Origin: Acidobacteriota bacterium
GTDB taxonomy: Bacteria > Acidobacteriota > UBA890 > WLXD01
NCBI GenBank assembly: GCA_965248695.1
Contig: CBDFKD010000002.1
Span: 1,024,001 to 1,088,000 of the forward strand
Length of the DNA stretch: 64,000 bases
Direction: 5' to 3'
Each line of letters starts with the position of its first letter. Within the stretch, counting starts at the first letter, position 1. Both the position numbers and the translations under genes were made by a program. The notes beneath the pieces are model-generated. The model had not been told where the DNA came from, made no database searches, and saw nothing but the letters and a program-made list of their open reading frames with translations. Below, piece by piece: positions 30,789 to 41,507 of this stretch.

Positions 30789-31280
30789 ATGCTGAGCTCT
30801 TCGAAATGCCCCCGGATCCTGATACTGATCGCCGCCGCCGCATTCGTCGCCGCTGTCGCCATACCGATGGCCACGGCGCAGGATACGAGCGCCGCTGAGC
30901 AGTCGGCGATCGCCCACGTCGAGTCGATGACCGACTCGTACCGCGCCAACGACGTCGACGGCTATCTGGGCCACTTTGCCAAGGAGCTCACCTGGTGGGG
31001 TCCTGGTGGCCGCGGCAGCTGGGACGCTTATCACTCGTCGTGGACCGAGTACGTCGCCAACAACGGTGGCGTGGCGTCGGCGGAGGTTTCGGACGCGGTG
31101 GCACATGTTGCACCGTCGGGCGACTCGGCGGTGGTGTCGTACCTGCTGACGGCTGACTACCGTAGCGCCGACGGGTCGGTGAGCCGATCCAACATCCAGA
31201 TGTCTACCAGCATGATGATGCAGGACGGCGGATGGAAGATCGTCCACCTACACTTCCAGAGCCAGCCGCAAGAGGAGTAG
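30789..31280 (+). CDS. Secreted SnoaL/NTF2-like (DUF4440) protein
   Basis: Signal peptide, ..YRANDVDGYLGHFA.., GDSAVVSY and GGWKIVHLHF. Confidence 0.8.
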   Translation: MLSSSKCPRILILIAAAAFVAAVAIPMATAQDTSAAEQSAIAHVESMTDSYRANDVDGYLGHFAKELTWWGPGGRGSWDAYHSSWTEYVANNGGVASAEVSDAVAHVAPSGDSAVVSYLLTADYRSADGSVSRSNIQMSTSMMMQDGGWKIVHLHFQSQPQEE

Positions 31281-31359
31281 CAGGTCGAGCTACCTGCGCC
31301 GTGTGAGCCTCCCTCCGAACGGCGGACGGGCGATCTGACCAGCGCGGCAAGGCGCTTCC

Positions 31360-32232
31360 CTACTTCAGCCTCACCGCCTGGGTGCTGAACTCGTCGCCTT
31401 CTTCGATGCGCGGCTGCTTGAACGACGTGTGGCTGAACGCGGACTCGTAGGCGCGTTCCGACAGCACTGTATCGGGCAACTTGTCGAGCGGCCGGTAGGC
31501 GCGCTCGGCGGCAGAGATATTCATGAACGAGCCGTCCTCGTTGCGGCCGCGAGCCTCCGGTATGGGCTCGTTCGACACGGCGTTGTAGGACACAAACAAC
31601 ATCAGACGGGACGTATCGGTCTCGTTCGCCGCCGACCCGTGCAAGGTGTTGCAATGAAAGAACACGGCGTCGCCCGCTGCCATCTCGCAGTGCACTAGAC
31701 CCAACGTCAGCTGAACTCGCTTGCGCCGACGCTCGAAGTTCTCGAAGTCGTGGTGGTCCATGCGGCCGATTCGATGTGAGCCGGTGATCACCTGGAGACA
31801 ACCGTTCGCACGCGTGGTGGGTTCGATTGCAATCCCCACCGACAGCATGTCGGGAAACAGCAGGCCGTCGTCGTACCAGCTGTAGTAGTCCTGGTGCCAG
31901 TCGATGCGGGCCTCGCACCGCGGCGGCTTGACGGTGATCTTGGAATGCCAGTGGTAGCAGGGCTCGCCCAGCAGCGCTTCCGTCGCATCCACCATTCTCT
32001 CCATGCGCGGAACCATGCCGATGATGTCGTCACCGAGCTCGGTCCAGATGCAGATCGGGTGCGCGGACCCGTCATCGTCCACCATGCCGAAGAGGGCGCC
32101 GTTAACGGTCGGGTCCTCCTGGTAGGCCATGTAGAGCGGCTCCAGCTCCGCCGCGTCGAAGAGACCCCGAACGATGATGAACCCATCGCGCGCGTACGCC
32201 GCAATCTGTTCGTCCGTCAGACGCACGCTCAT
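31360..32232 (-). CDS. Phytanoyl-CoA dioxygenase family Fe/2-oxoglutarate dioxygenase
   Basis: YARDGFIIVRGLF, WHQD, NGCLQVITGSH and GDAVFFHCNTLHGS..N...R. Confidence 0.9.
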   Translation of the reverse strand: MSVRLTDEQIAAYARDGFIIVRGLFDAAELEPLYMAYQEDPTVNGALFGMVDDDGSAHPICIWTELGDDIIGMVPRMERMVDATEALLGEPCYHWHSKITVKPPRCEARIDWHQDYYSWYDDGLLFPDMLSVGIAIEPTTRANGCLQVITGSHRIGRMDHHDFENFERRRKRVQLTLGLVHCEMAAGDAVFFHCNTLHGSAANETDTSRLMLFVSYNAVSNEPIPEARGRNEDGSFMNISAAERAYRPLDKLPDTVLSERAYESAFSHTSFKQPRIEEGDEFSTQAVRLK

Positions 32233-32301
32233 GGCTCTGCCTCCGTTGGTCCTGGGGGGGGGGGTCGCGTACTCCGCGTGCTGGTGAATCTGGAGCAGGG
32301 A

Positions 32302-34134
32302 CTAGCTCCGGCGATATACCAACCTCGACGCGCCCTGGGATGGCAAGCCTTCGATCCTCACTTCGATGGTCATGACCTGAGTATCGTCGCTCAGCGTCAT
32401 CACCTCGCGGACCTGAATGACGGTAACGCCGCGCTGATGCGTACCTTCGTTAACCAGCTCGCCGCCGTCCCATCGCGACGCGATGGTCATCGTGTTCGGC
32501 TCGCCATCGTCCGCCAGGATGGGCACGGGGCTCTCGCCACCGATGGCGTAGGCGCGCGCCTGGGTGGGGTTGTCCTGGCTCGACAGCAGCAGCGTACCGT
32601 TCGCAGCCTGGGTGACGAACAGAACTAGCGGCGCGCCGGCGTCGCCGAGACCGGCGAGCGCGGCGGTGGTTCCGATCTCGCTGGCGGCGCGATCGAGCTC
32701 CCAGATGCCCGAGAGGTCCGGGTGGATACTGGCGCTGGTCGCCGCGGGCGTGGCAGCCCTGCTCGGCGACACGTCGGGTGGAGTCGCCGTCTGTTCGCCG
32801 TCGGTCATCGCCGCCGCTGATGAAGCCGCCGTCGACCCAGGCACGCCCAGGTCCAGCGCCACGATCCTTTCGCGATCGCGGGCGTAGAGGGTGGTGCCGA
32901 CCAGCGTCGGCACGGTCCACGACACCGTGTCGAAGAGCGGAGCGCGCGCCAGCACGGTCATCCCTTCGGGTGTCATGCGGGCCAGCGCCAGGTCGCCGTC
33001 CTCGTCCATGACGATAAACTTGTTGTCGGCGTATACCAGGCTGGCGCGCTTGAAGCCGCGCTGCTGCCAGGCGGGCTCGCCAGTGCGAACGTCGAGTGCG
33101 GTCATGAACGCCGGCCCGAAGGTTCCGCTGGTTCCGTAGACGTAGCTGCCGCGCCGGATCGGATTGAGAAACATGAACGGTATGCGCGACGTGAACCAGA
33201 GTTCCTCGGTCCGCGTCAGCTCGCCGTCGAGTGTCAAACGCAGTCCGCGGCTTCCCGCTCGGTACCCGGACGACACGACCAGGATGTTGTCGTCTCCCCA
33301 TTGCGGCGCGATCATGTTGAGGTCGTTGCCAGGGTCGTGCGGCACCGCCCACAGCACCCGGCCGTCATCGGGATCGACGCCAACGACGCTGCCGCCGGCC
33401 AGATAGACCAGCTGTGTCTGTCCATCCAGGTTGATGAGCACCGGCGGCGAAGGCGAGAACAGAAAGTCGCCGCCGCGCCACACCACGGCGCCATCGCGCT
33501 GCCGGAACGCCATGAGCGACTGTCCGGGTCCACCCACCGGGACGATCACGGTGTCGTTGTACGCGATGGGGCTATTGCCGTATCCCGACTTGACGATCGC
33601 CCGGATGAGGTTGGGCGGAGCGTCGAAGTCGGCGACCAGGTCATGCGACCAGAGCACCTCGCCAGTGCGCTTGTCGAGCGCGAAAAGCTGCTTGTTGGTG
33701 CCGGCAGCGAACAGACGGTCGCCGACCAGCAGCGGCGTAGCGTGCGGGCCGGCGCCGAAATCGAAGTTCTCGTGTCCCGATGGGTAGGTGTGCTCCCAGA
33801 TCGTTGCACCGTCAGAGGCATCGAGGGCAACGATGATCTCCTCCTCATCCCACGGCCCACCGCGATCCGCTCCGTTGCCGACGCGATATTGCGTAAACAG
33901 GCGCCCGTCTTCGGCGAGGATCGCCGAGTGACCGGTGCCGAGCGCACGGCTCCAGAGCACCGGGGGACCTTCTGCGGGCCAGCTGTCGGCAAGGCCGGTG
34001 ACCTCGGAGACGAAGTCGCGTCCCGGTCCACCCCACTGACGCCACCCCTCCGTCTCCTGCAACGGAGAGGCGAGGGATGCCAGACCGGCGAGGGTCGCAG
34101 CGCCGACAGCGGCGACGACGAATGAGTTCCGCAT
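32302..34134 (-). CDS. Secreted PQQ-like beta-propeller repeat protein with a C-terminal lipocalin-like domain
   Basis: WRQWGGPGRD, repeated ALD..G...W blades and C-terminal PDLSGIWELD. Confidence 0.85.
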   Translation of the reverse strand: MRNSFVVAAVGAATLAGLASLASPLQETEGWRQWGGPGRDFVSEVTGLADSWPAEGPPVLWSRALGTGHSAILAEDGRLFTQYRVGNGADRGGPWDEEEIIVALDASDGATIWEHTYPSGHENFDFGAGPHATPLLVGDRLFAAGTNKQLFALDKRTGEVLWSHDLVADFDAPPNLIRAIVKSGYGNSPIAYNDTVIVPVGGPGQSLMAFRQRDGAVVWRGGDFLFSPSPPVLINLDGQTQLVYLAGGSVVGVDPDDGRVLWAVPHDPGNDLNMIAPQWGDDNILVVSSGYRAGSRGLRLTLDGELTRTEELWFTSRIPFMFLNPIRRGSYVYGTSGTFGPAFMTALDVRTGEPAWQQRGFKRASLVYADNKFIVMDEDGDLALARMTPEGMTVLARAPLFDTVSWTVPTLVGTTLYARDRERIVALDLGVPGSTAASSAAAMTDGEQTATPPDVSPSRAATPAATSASIHPDLSGIWELDRAASEIGTTAALAGLGDAGAPLVLFVTQAANGTLLLSSQDNPTQARAYAIGGESPVPILADDGEPNTMTIASRWDGGELVNEGTHQRGVTVIQVREVMTLSDDTQVMTIEVRIEGLPSQGASRLVYRRS

Positions 34135-34306
34135 GAGCTTTCCGTGGTTGGTTCGGAAGGTCAGTTCCGGTAGCGCCAGAGCGTACTCTACGCGCGCCAC
34201 GCCGGGCGAACGACACCGTACAAGCAAACCGGTGTTCGGCGCACGGGCATCGACTATGCTGGTTGGAGGTATCCGACCTGGTCACCCTCTTCAAGCAGGG
34301 CCCGCA

Positions 34307-34684
34307 ATGCATGATCGACAATTGCGCATCGTCAGCCTGGCGTTGCTGGTCGGGCTCTCGATAGGCGCCGTTGGACCGCACGCGCACGGACTCGGGGCAC
34401 CTGACGACGGTTGCCTGTGCCGATGTGACACCGGTGCCGCCGATTCGGCGACCACCACCAGCACACTAGACCATCCACAACCGGCCGCCTGGCGCGCTTC
34501 AGCACCCCAGGTCGCCCCGTCCGCGCCGCTCGCCGCCGCGCCGGTAGTCCGCCGGTCGCCGCCTGATCGCGACGACGCTTTTCGATTCGTCGATTCGCTG
34601 GTCCGAGAATCCAGCCCCGTGAACGACGTTTGCTCGAGATCGTCGGATCTTCAAGGATCCGACCACGGCAGGGTCACTTCCTGA
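34307..34684 (+). CDS. Putative DUF2946/CruR-like leader peptide (His/Cys motif plus RSPP)
   Basis: Hydrophobic N-terminus, HAH..CLCRC, Pro/Ala linker and RRSPP. Stop overlaps the receptor start (TGATG). Confidence 0.55.
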   Translation: MHDRQLRIVSLALLVGLSIGAVGPHAHGLGAPDDGCLCRCDTGAADSATTTSTLDHPQPAAWRASAPQVAPSAPLAAAPVVRRSPPDRDDAFRFVDSLVRESSPVNDVCSRSSDLQGSDHGRVTS

Positions 34685-36984
34685 TGAAGCACCGATTGAT
34701 CACCATGACGCTCGCCATCAGCCTCGCGCTGATGGCAGCCGCGACGACTTACGCCCAGGAATCCGGCGTCGTCGAAGGCACGGTCACGCTGGAGAACACC
34801 GGCAGTGCGCTTCATGGTGCTCGCGTTCTTCTCATCGACCTGGGTCGCTCGACGTTGACCGACGAGAACGGCACCTTCCGATTCGATGGCGTGCCCGCCG
34901 GGGTCCATGAGCTACTGGCGGTGCGCGAGCACCTGCAGGCAATCCGCCAGGCCGTCAACGTAACCGCCGGCGCCATCGCCACGGTCGATTTTGCCCTGAC
35001 GCTGGCAGCCGTTCACGAGGAGGTAACGGTAACCGCCACCGGCCGAGAGACCACCGCATTCGACGCCTTCAACACCGTGCAGGCGCTCGACTCCATCGAC
35101 CTGGCGCAGAACATGGCGGGGACACTGGGCGAGCTTCTGGAGAACGAGCCGGGGGTCGCCAAGCGGAGCTTCGGTCCCGGCTCGAGCCGGCCGATTATTC
35201 GTGGCTTCGACAACGATCGTGTGCTGCTGATGCAGGACGGCGTTCGCACCGGCGACCTCTCGAGTCAATCCGGAGACCACGGTGCCAGCGTCGACCCGGG
35301 GGCGCTGCACCGCGTCGAGATCCTCAAGGGACCCGCCACACTGCTGTATGGATCGAACGCCATCGGTGGCGTGGTGAACACAATCTCTCCCCAGCAGCAG
35401 TTCTACGAGGATCCACCGAACGAGCTTCGTGGCCAGGTGAACGCCGACCTGGGCTCGACCAACGATCAGGCCGGTGGCAACGCCAACTTCCAATACGGCC
35501 GCGGCCGTTTCATGGCCTGGTTCGGCGGCGGCGGTCGACGGACGGGCGAGTACGGCACCCGCGAAGGCAAAATCGAGAACTCTCAGACCGAGCAGATGAA
35601 CGGACGCCTCGGCGTCGGATGGTTCGACGACAGCAGCTGGCTATCAGCAAGCTACGAGGTCGAGGACGGTAGCTACGGTGTGCCATTTGCCGGCGAGCTC
35701 GTCGAGCATGGCTCCGAACGCGGCCAGCGACGATCCCGGGGCCGCACCCGGCGCAACGGCGAGGAGGTCCTCATCAACCTCGCCCAGCGCCGCCAGGCGT
35801 TTCGAGTCGAGGGCGGCCTGCGGAATCTGAACGGCAAGTTCGTCGACGGAGTGAAGACCGTCTTCAGCTACGTCGACTGGCACCACGAGGAGATCGAGCA
35901 TTTCGTCGCGACCGGCGAGCGCGAGGTCGGCACCCAGTTCGACAACAAGCACTTCATCGGGCGAATCGAGGTACAACAGAGCCCGGTGGGTCACCTCCAT
36001 GGCCAGTTCGGAATCTGGGGCCAGCGCCGCGACTACATCGCCACCGGTACCGAGGCGCTGGCACCACCAACCAAGCAGAGCTCGTTCGCCGGCTTCGCGT
36101 ATGAGGAGCTCGAGTTCGTGGACTTCAGCATCCAGCTAGGGGGCCGTCTGGAGCACAACAGCTACCGCCCGGAGGCAACGGGTGCCGACGCCTCGTTCGC
36201 CGCCCTCGTGCGGGACCGCCGCTTCACGGGGTTGTCCGGGTCGGTCGGCCTACGGTTGCCGCTCTCCAACGACCGCGCCGCCCTGGTGGCCAGCTTCAGC
36301 AGCTCGTACCGGGCACCATCGCTGGAGGAGCTCTACAATTTCGGACCGCATGTCGGGAACCTGGCTTTCGAGATCGGCAACCCCGACCTCGGACCCGAGC
36401 GCTCCAACGGCGGCGAGCTCAGCTTGCGGCTCAACACCGGCCGCATCCACGGGCAGGCGAGCGTCTTCTACTACGACATCCGCAACTTCATCTTCGGTGC
36501 CCCGACCGGCACTGTGATCGAGGGGCTCAACGAGCTCCAGTTCGCACAGAGCAACGCACGGTTTGTCGGCGCCGATCTGGGGCTCAGCTTCCACATCAGC
36601 AACCAGTGGAGGTTGCATGTCGGCGGAGACATCGTTGACGCCAAGCTCACGGGAGCCGATCAGCCGCTGCCACGAATCCCGCCGTTGAGCGCCCGTCTCG
36701 CACTGGACTGGACGCCGCTGTCTGGGCTACAGCTACGACCCGAGCTGATCGTCGCGTCCGAACAGAACCGGGTCTTCGCCGACGAGACGCCAACCGACGG
36801 TTACGCGACGGCCAACTTTATGGCGTCGTACACGCTCGCCGGCTCCAAGATCATGCACATCTTCACGCTCAAGGGCACCAACCTCGGCGATACGCTCTAC
36901 CGGAACCACACGTCGTTCATCAAGAACCAGGCGCCCGAGATAGGACGCCGCATTCTCCTGACCTATGCGCTGCGCATATTCTGA
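34684..36984 (+). CDS. TonB-dependent receptor (ZnuD-like) with an N-terminal carboxypeptidase-regulatory-like domain
   Basis: Signal peptide, EEVTVTA TonB box, SRPIIRG, EILKGPATLLYGSNAIGGVVN, RAPSLEELY, YRNHTSFIK and terminal Phe. Confidence 0.92.
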   Translation: MKHRLITMTLAISLALMAAATTYAQESGVVEGTVTLENTGSALHGARVLLIDLGRSTLTDENGTFRFDGVPAGVHELLAVREHLQAIRQAVNVTAGAIATVDFALTLAAVHEEVTVTATGRETTAFDAFNTVQALDSIDLAQNMAGTLGELLENEPGVAKRSFGPGSSRPIIRGFDNDRVLLMQDGVRTGDLSSQSGDHGASVDPGALHRVEILKGPATLLYGSNAIGGVVNTISPQQQFYEDPPNELRGQVNADLGSTNDQAGGNANFQYGRGRFMAWFGGGGRRTGEYGTREGKIENSQTEQMNGRLGVGWFDDSSWLSASYEVEDGSYGVPFAGELVEHGSERGQRRSRGRTRRNGEEVLINLAQRRQAFRVEGGLRNLNGKFVDGVKTVFSYVDWHHEEIEHFVATGEREVGTQFDNKHFIGRIEVQQSPVGHLHGQFGIWGQRRDYIATGTEALAPPTKQSSFAGFAYEELEFVDFSIQLGGRLEHNSYRPEATGADASFAALVRDRRFTGLSGSVGLRLPLSNDRAALVASFSSSYRAPSLEELYNFGPHVGNLAFEIGNPDLGPERSNGGELSLRLNTGRIHGQASVFYYDIRNFIFGAPTGTVIEGLNELQFAQSNARFVGADLGLSFHISNQWRLHVGGDIVDAKLTGADQPLPRIPPLSARLALDWTPLSGLQLRPELIVASEQNRVFADETPTDGYATANFMASYTLAGSKIMHIFTLKGTNLGDTLYRNHTSFIKNQAPEIGRRILLTYALRIF

Positions 36985-36994
36985 GGACACCGGC

Positions 36995-39274
36995 ATGTTC
37001 CCCTGTCGTCCCGGCCGACTCGCTGTAGCGACACTCGTCGCATCAATCGCCCTGGCGGCGAGCCCCGCCACGAGCCAGACAGCCTCCCGCACCTCCGGAC
37101 TCACGCTGGACTCCATCTTCTCGGGGGACACCTACCGAGTCGATCGGTTCGGCCCGGCGCGCTGGCTGGACGGTGACAGCTACACCACCGTGGAGGCATC
37201 CGCGCGCCAGTCCGGCGCTGAGGACATCGTGCGCTACGACGCCGCTACCGGCGAGCGACGCGTGCTGGTAGGCGCAGAGCGGCTCATTCCCGAGTTCAAC
37301 CGCGAACAACCGCTGTCGATCGACGACTACGACTGGTCGCCCGACGGCCGTCTGCTGCTCATCTTCACCAACTCGCAGCGTGTCTGGCGCCAGAACACGC
37401 GCGGGGACTACTGGGTGCTGAATCTCGATTCCGACGACCTGACCAAGGTCGGCAGCCCGACGCGGGACGCTCGGCAGATGTTCGCCAAGTTCTCGCCCGA
37501 CTCCAGCCGCATTGCCTACGTGGCGAACAACGATCTTTTCCTGCACGACTTGCGTACGGATGTAGTGACGCGGCTTACCCACGACGGGTCGAGCACCATC
37601 ATCAACGGCACCTTCGACTGGGTGTACGAAGAGGAGCTCGGACTACGCGACGGGTTTCGCTGGAGCCCCGACGGCGCCCACATCGCCTTCTGGCAACTGG
37701 ACCAGTCGCTGGTGCGCAAGTTCACGCTGGCAAACAACACCGACCAGCTGTATCCGGTGCTCACCGAGATTCCGTACCCCAAGGCGGGGGAGGTGAACTC
37801 GGCGGCGCGCCTCGGTGTCATTCCAGCCGGCGGCGGCGACACCGTTTGGGTCACGTTGCCTGGATCGGCGCGCAACAACTACATCGCTCGCATGGAATGG
37901 GCGGCAAGCTCGACCGAGCTCGTGGTTCAGTACCTGAATCGGCGCCAGAACGAGAACACGGTCTATTTGGCCGACACCGGTACCGGCGAGGCCCACCAGG
38001 TACTCGTCGAGACCGATGAGGCCTGGGTCGATGTCCGCAACGACCTGCGCTGGCTAGACAGCGGACGCGCGTTCACCTGGGTGAGCGAGCGCGACGGCTG
38101 GCGACGCGTGTACCGGTTGTCACGCGACGGACGCTCGGTCGTGCCCCTCACCCCGGCCGGCGCCGACATTCTCGGCGTCGTGCGGGTCGACGAGACCACT
38201 GGCTGGCTCTACTACCTGGCCACCCCCGATCCGACCCAGCGCTTCCTCTACCGCGCCAGCCTCGCGCCAGACGGTGGGGATCCGATCGGCGAGGCCCTGA
38301 CCCCGATGGACACCGGCGGCGACCATACGTACGAGGTCTCGCCAGGAGGTCGTTGGGCATTCCACACGTGGTCGAGCTTCTCCACACCACCTCAGGTCGA
38401 GCTGGTGTCGTTACCGGAGCACGCCTCGGTGCGAGTGCTGGTAGACAACGCCGCGCTGCGGCAGCGAATCGAGGCCCTCGGGCTGCCTTCGGTGGAGTTC
38501 TTCCGGGTGCAAGCCGAGCCTGACCTCGAGCTCGACGCCTGGGTGCTCTACCCGCCCGACTTCGACCCCGATCGTAAGTACCCGGTGCTTTTCTTCGTCT
38601 ACGGCGAGCCCGCCGGGCAGACGGTACTCGATCGGTGGCCCGGAGTTCGGATGCTCTGGCACCGCCACATCGCCGAGCTCGGCTACCTGGTAGTCAGCGT
38701 TGACAACCGCGGCACGCCGGCGCCACGCGGTCGCGAATGGCGCAAGATCGTCTACGGTGAGGTGGGCACGCTGGCCTCACAGGATCAGGCCGCCGCGGCG
38801 CGCCAGATCATCGCTACCCACCCCTATGTCGATCCGGAGCGCATCGGTATCTGGGGCTGGAGCGGAGGCGGCTCCATGACCCTCAACGCGATGTTCCGCT
38901 ACCCCGAGATCTACAGTACCGGGATGTCGGTGGCACCGGTGCCCGACCAGCGCTACTACGACACCATCTACCAGGAACGCTACATGGGAACGCCGCAGGG
39001 CAACCCGGACGGCTACCGCAAGGGCTCGCCAATCACCCACGCGCACGGTCTGAGGGGCAACCTCCTGATCGTGCACGGGACCGGCGACGACAACGTCCAC
39101 TACCAGGGCACGGAAGCACTGATCAACCGCCTCGTATCGGCCGGCAAGCACTTCACCATGATGGCCTACCCGAACCGTACGCACGGCATCTCCGAGGGCG
39201 CCGGAACGACCCGGCATCTGTACGGTCTGCTGACCCGCTACCTGACCGACAACCTGGCTGCTGGCCCACGCTAG
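36995..39274 (+). CDS. Dipeptidyl peptidase IV (S9B)
   Basis: NGTFDWVYEEE, YPKAG, GWSGGG nucleophile, DDNVH and catalytic His (RTHGI). Confidence 0.94.
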   Translation: MFPCRPGRLAVATLVASIALAASPATSQTASRTSGLTLDSIFSGDTYRVDRFGPARWLDGDSYTTVEASARQSGAEDIVRYDAATGERRVLVGAERLIPEFNREQPLSIDDYDWSPDGRLLLIFTNSQRVWRQNTRGDYWVLNLDSDDLTKVGSPTRDARQMFAKFSPDSSRIAYVANNDLFLHDLRTDVVTRLTHDGSSTIINGTFDWVYEEELGLRDGFRWSPDGAHIAFWQLDQSLVRKFTLANNTDQLYPVLTEIPYPKAGEVNSAARLGVIPAGGGDTVWVTLPGSARNNYIARMEWAASSTELVVQYLNRRQNENTVYLADTGTGEAHQVLVETDEAWVDVRNDLRWLDSGRAFTWVSERDGWRRVYRLSRDGRSVVPLTPAGADILGVVRVDETTGWLYYLATPDPTQRFLYRASLAPDGGDPIGEALTPMDTGGDHTYEVSPGGRWAFHTWSSFSTPPQVELVSLPEHASVRVLVDNAALRQRIEALGLPSVEFFRVQAEPDLELDAWVLYPPDFDPDRKYPVLFFVYGEPAGQTVLDRWPGVRMLWHRHIAELGYLVVSVDNRGTPAPRGREWRKIVYGEVGTLASQDQAAAARQIIATHPYVDPERIGIWGWSGGGSMTLNAMFRYPEIYSTGMSVAPVPDQRYYDTIYQERYMGTPQGNPDGYRKGSPITHAHGLRGNLLIVHGTGDDNVHYQGTEALINRLVSAGKHFTMMAYPNRTHGISEGAGTTRHLYGLLTRYLTDNLAAGPR

Positions 39275-39375
39275 CCGCGCACGCGTCGTTGGAGAACCCG
39301 GCTCGGAACTGGCAGGTCCTGGAATACGAGCCAGTGGTCGCCGAGCGGCGATTACCGACCAGTTGACCGGCGCCG

Positions 39376-40515
39376 TTATGCTGTGGCGCGTCTGGGTTGC
39401 GGGCGCCGCCACCGGAGCAATCGACTAGCACGATGCCGCATTTGTCGAGCGGCCGGCAACACCGACAGAAGCGCTGCTCCGGCAACCCCGCGCGTCGCGG
39501 CCAGGATAGTGGCCATCGGGCGCGATTCCGGCCAGTAGCGCAACAAGCACGGGCTGGCGTCGGAGCCGCTATCAACCGAGGTCATCGCTGCGTCCTGGTG
39601 CGCCATGCGCAGGACCTCGAGCGTGTTGAAGATGCCCGGCGAAGCGTTGGCGAAGGCCGGCGCATGCGCCACCTTGAACCCGAACACAGTTGAGCCGTCG
39701 ACCAGGTTCGCGGTGATCGACACCGGCTGGTCGTCGACGCTTACCTCGACGAAGAACAGCTCGTCGCGGGAGGCGAGGTTGCGACTGATGGCGCGGAAGA
39801 AAGCGTGCTCGCTCGGTGTTGACTGAATCGCAGTGCCCGCCCGACCCTTCCAACCGTCCGCCTCAAGCGCGAGAAAGCGAGATAGGAGATCGGAATCGTC
39901 CAGACAACGATGTAGTCGCACGTCCAGGCTGCCGGCAGCCTCGAGCTTGCGTCGGCTGCGCCGGTACTCGCGGCGCGTCCGGGGCGAAAGACTGGCGAGC
40001 CAGTCGCCATCCCTCCCGGCGACGGTCATGGCGGCGCGCTAATATTCGTACCGGGGCCACCATCGGCGACCGGCCTCCTCCAGTTGCCGTCGCAACAACT
40101 TCCACGCCAGTGAGTCGAGCTCCATGCTCTCCCACTGGACCATCGACCAGGGGCCCCGAGCGGCCCACTCCCAAATCGCGGCCACGGCTTCGCGCGCCAG
40201 CTCGCCATGGAGCAACGGAGTGGAGGAGTACACCAGGTTCGATCCGCAGGAAGGCAGCACGGTCATGGCGCCCTGCCGCCTCGGATCACCGAAAGGAACA
40301 ACCGCCAGAAGGGTTCGGATACCGGCACTCAGGCGATAAACGAAGGCGACGGTGGTATCGCCGCGGCAGTGGCGGTACAGCTCGCTGAGAAAGGCCGGCG
40401 ACGAGTACACGTTGTCCTCGAGCCGGACGTCGTGCAGATCCCACCAGGCACTGAGGTGGGGCTCAATCTCCTGGCTCGACCGGGCCAGGACAACGTTGAA
40501 CCGTGGAGAGCTCAT
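39376..40515 (-). pseudogene. CelD/BcsL-type GNAT acetyltransferase with an in-frame TAG at 40039-40041
   Basis: NVYSSPAF, RREYRRSRRKL, LEADGWKGRAGTA and SPGIF. The two track ORFs are in the same frame, separated only by TAG. Confidence 0.75.
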
Positions 40516-40768
40516 GGCATCGATGACGGGTGACAGACAAGTCGCGATCGGTCCAAGGTAGGCGACCGCCGGCCAGGATCGCCAGCAGCGCCCGAATGGT
40601 CGTCGGTCAGGCATGGGCTCCTGTGCCCACCCGATGCCCGTGGTAGCGGCGCTTGAACTACACGGCTGTGGCCCAACCGGCTGGTATGGTGACGTCCGCG
40701 CACGGTTCAACGACCACCGCCCGTTCCCACGCTGCCGGCTGTTCACGGCGCCAGATACGAGGGAGACG

Positions 40769-41252
40769 ATGTCCGAAAGCACGCTAGTTCATGAAGGAAG
40801 CTGCGAGTGTGGAGCCGTGAAGGTGGTCGCCACGGGTGACCCGGTCGTCTCCGGATATTGCCACTGTGATTCGTGTCGCCGGTGGCATACCGCCCCGGTG
40901 AACGCATGGGCCGGGTGGGTCGCCGACGCGGGTTGTGGTCACGCAGGGCGAGGACCAGATCCTCGAGTACGACAACCGCGAGCTGGGCGGCGGGAGCGTG
41001 CGGGGCGCCTGTCAGCGATGCGGCTCGGGGGTGTTGAACCGCACCCGAAGCGGATTCACGGTCGTGTACCCGTCAGCACTCGCTGGAACCGACTACTTGC
41101 ATCAACCAACCATGCACCTCTACTACCGTGAGCGGGTACTCGACATGCAGGACGGTCTACCGAAGTTCGCCGATCTGCCGGCCGAGCTTGGCGGCTCGGG
41201 CGAGTTGATCGAGGAACCATCTCGCACCGGTCCAGCCCACCAGCACGACTGA
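40769..41252 (+). CDS. GFA (CENP-V) family protein, apparent +1 frameshift near 40931
   Basis: HEGSCECGAV, CHCDSCRR, CQRCGS, PTMHLYY and DGLPKF. Removing one G in GCGGGTT joins the frames. Confidence 0.85.
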
Positions 41253-41253
41253 A

Positions 41254-41502
41254 ATGCGGTCCTGGCTCACCGAAAAGGACCGCCGCCGCCGGGCGGGCTC
41301 AAAGGGGCGCCTGGGCCTGGCGTGCGCGCTTGTCCTGACTCCCACATTGATCCCCTCGGCGGCTGGCGGCGAGCCACAGACACCCTCTGCCGTGAGTACT
41401 CATCAGGAGAATGACACCGCGGTCCGGCCTTTCGAGATCGCCGTCGACCAGGCGGTTCTCGGCGATCTCCGCGAAAGGCTCACCAGCGCGCGCTTCCCCG
41501 AT
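41254..41502 (+). pseudogene. Epoxide hydrolase N-terminal fragment truncated by an IS
   Basis: VRPFEIAVDQAVLGDLRERLTSARFPD (EHN domain start) runs directly into the IS end at 41503. Confidence 0.8.
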
Positions 41503-41507
41503 TGGAG

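Noticed and set aside
27023-40041. Genome-wide TAG recoding suggested by two in-frame TAG codons
   Set aside because: Many intact genes here (carB, pirin, DPP IV, STAS) end at TAG at the expected family length.
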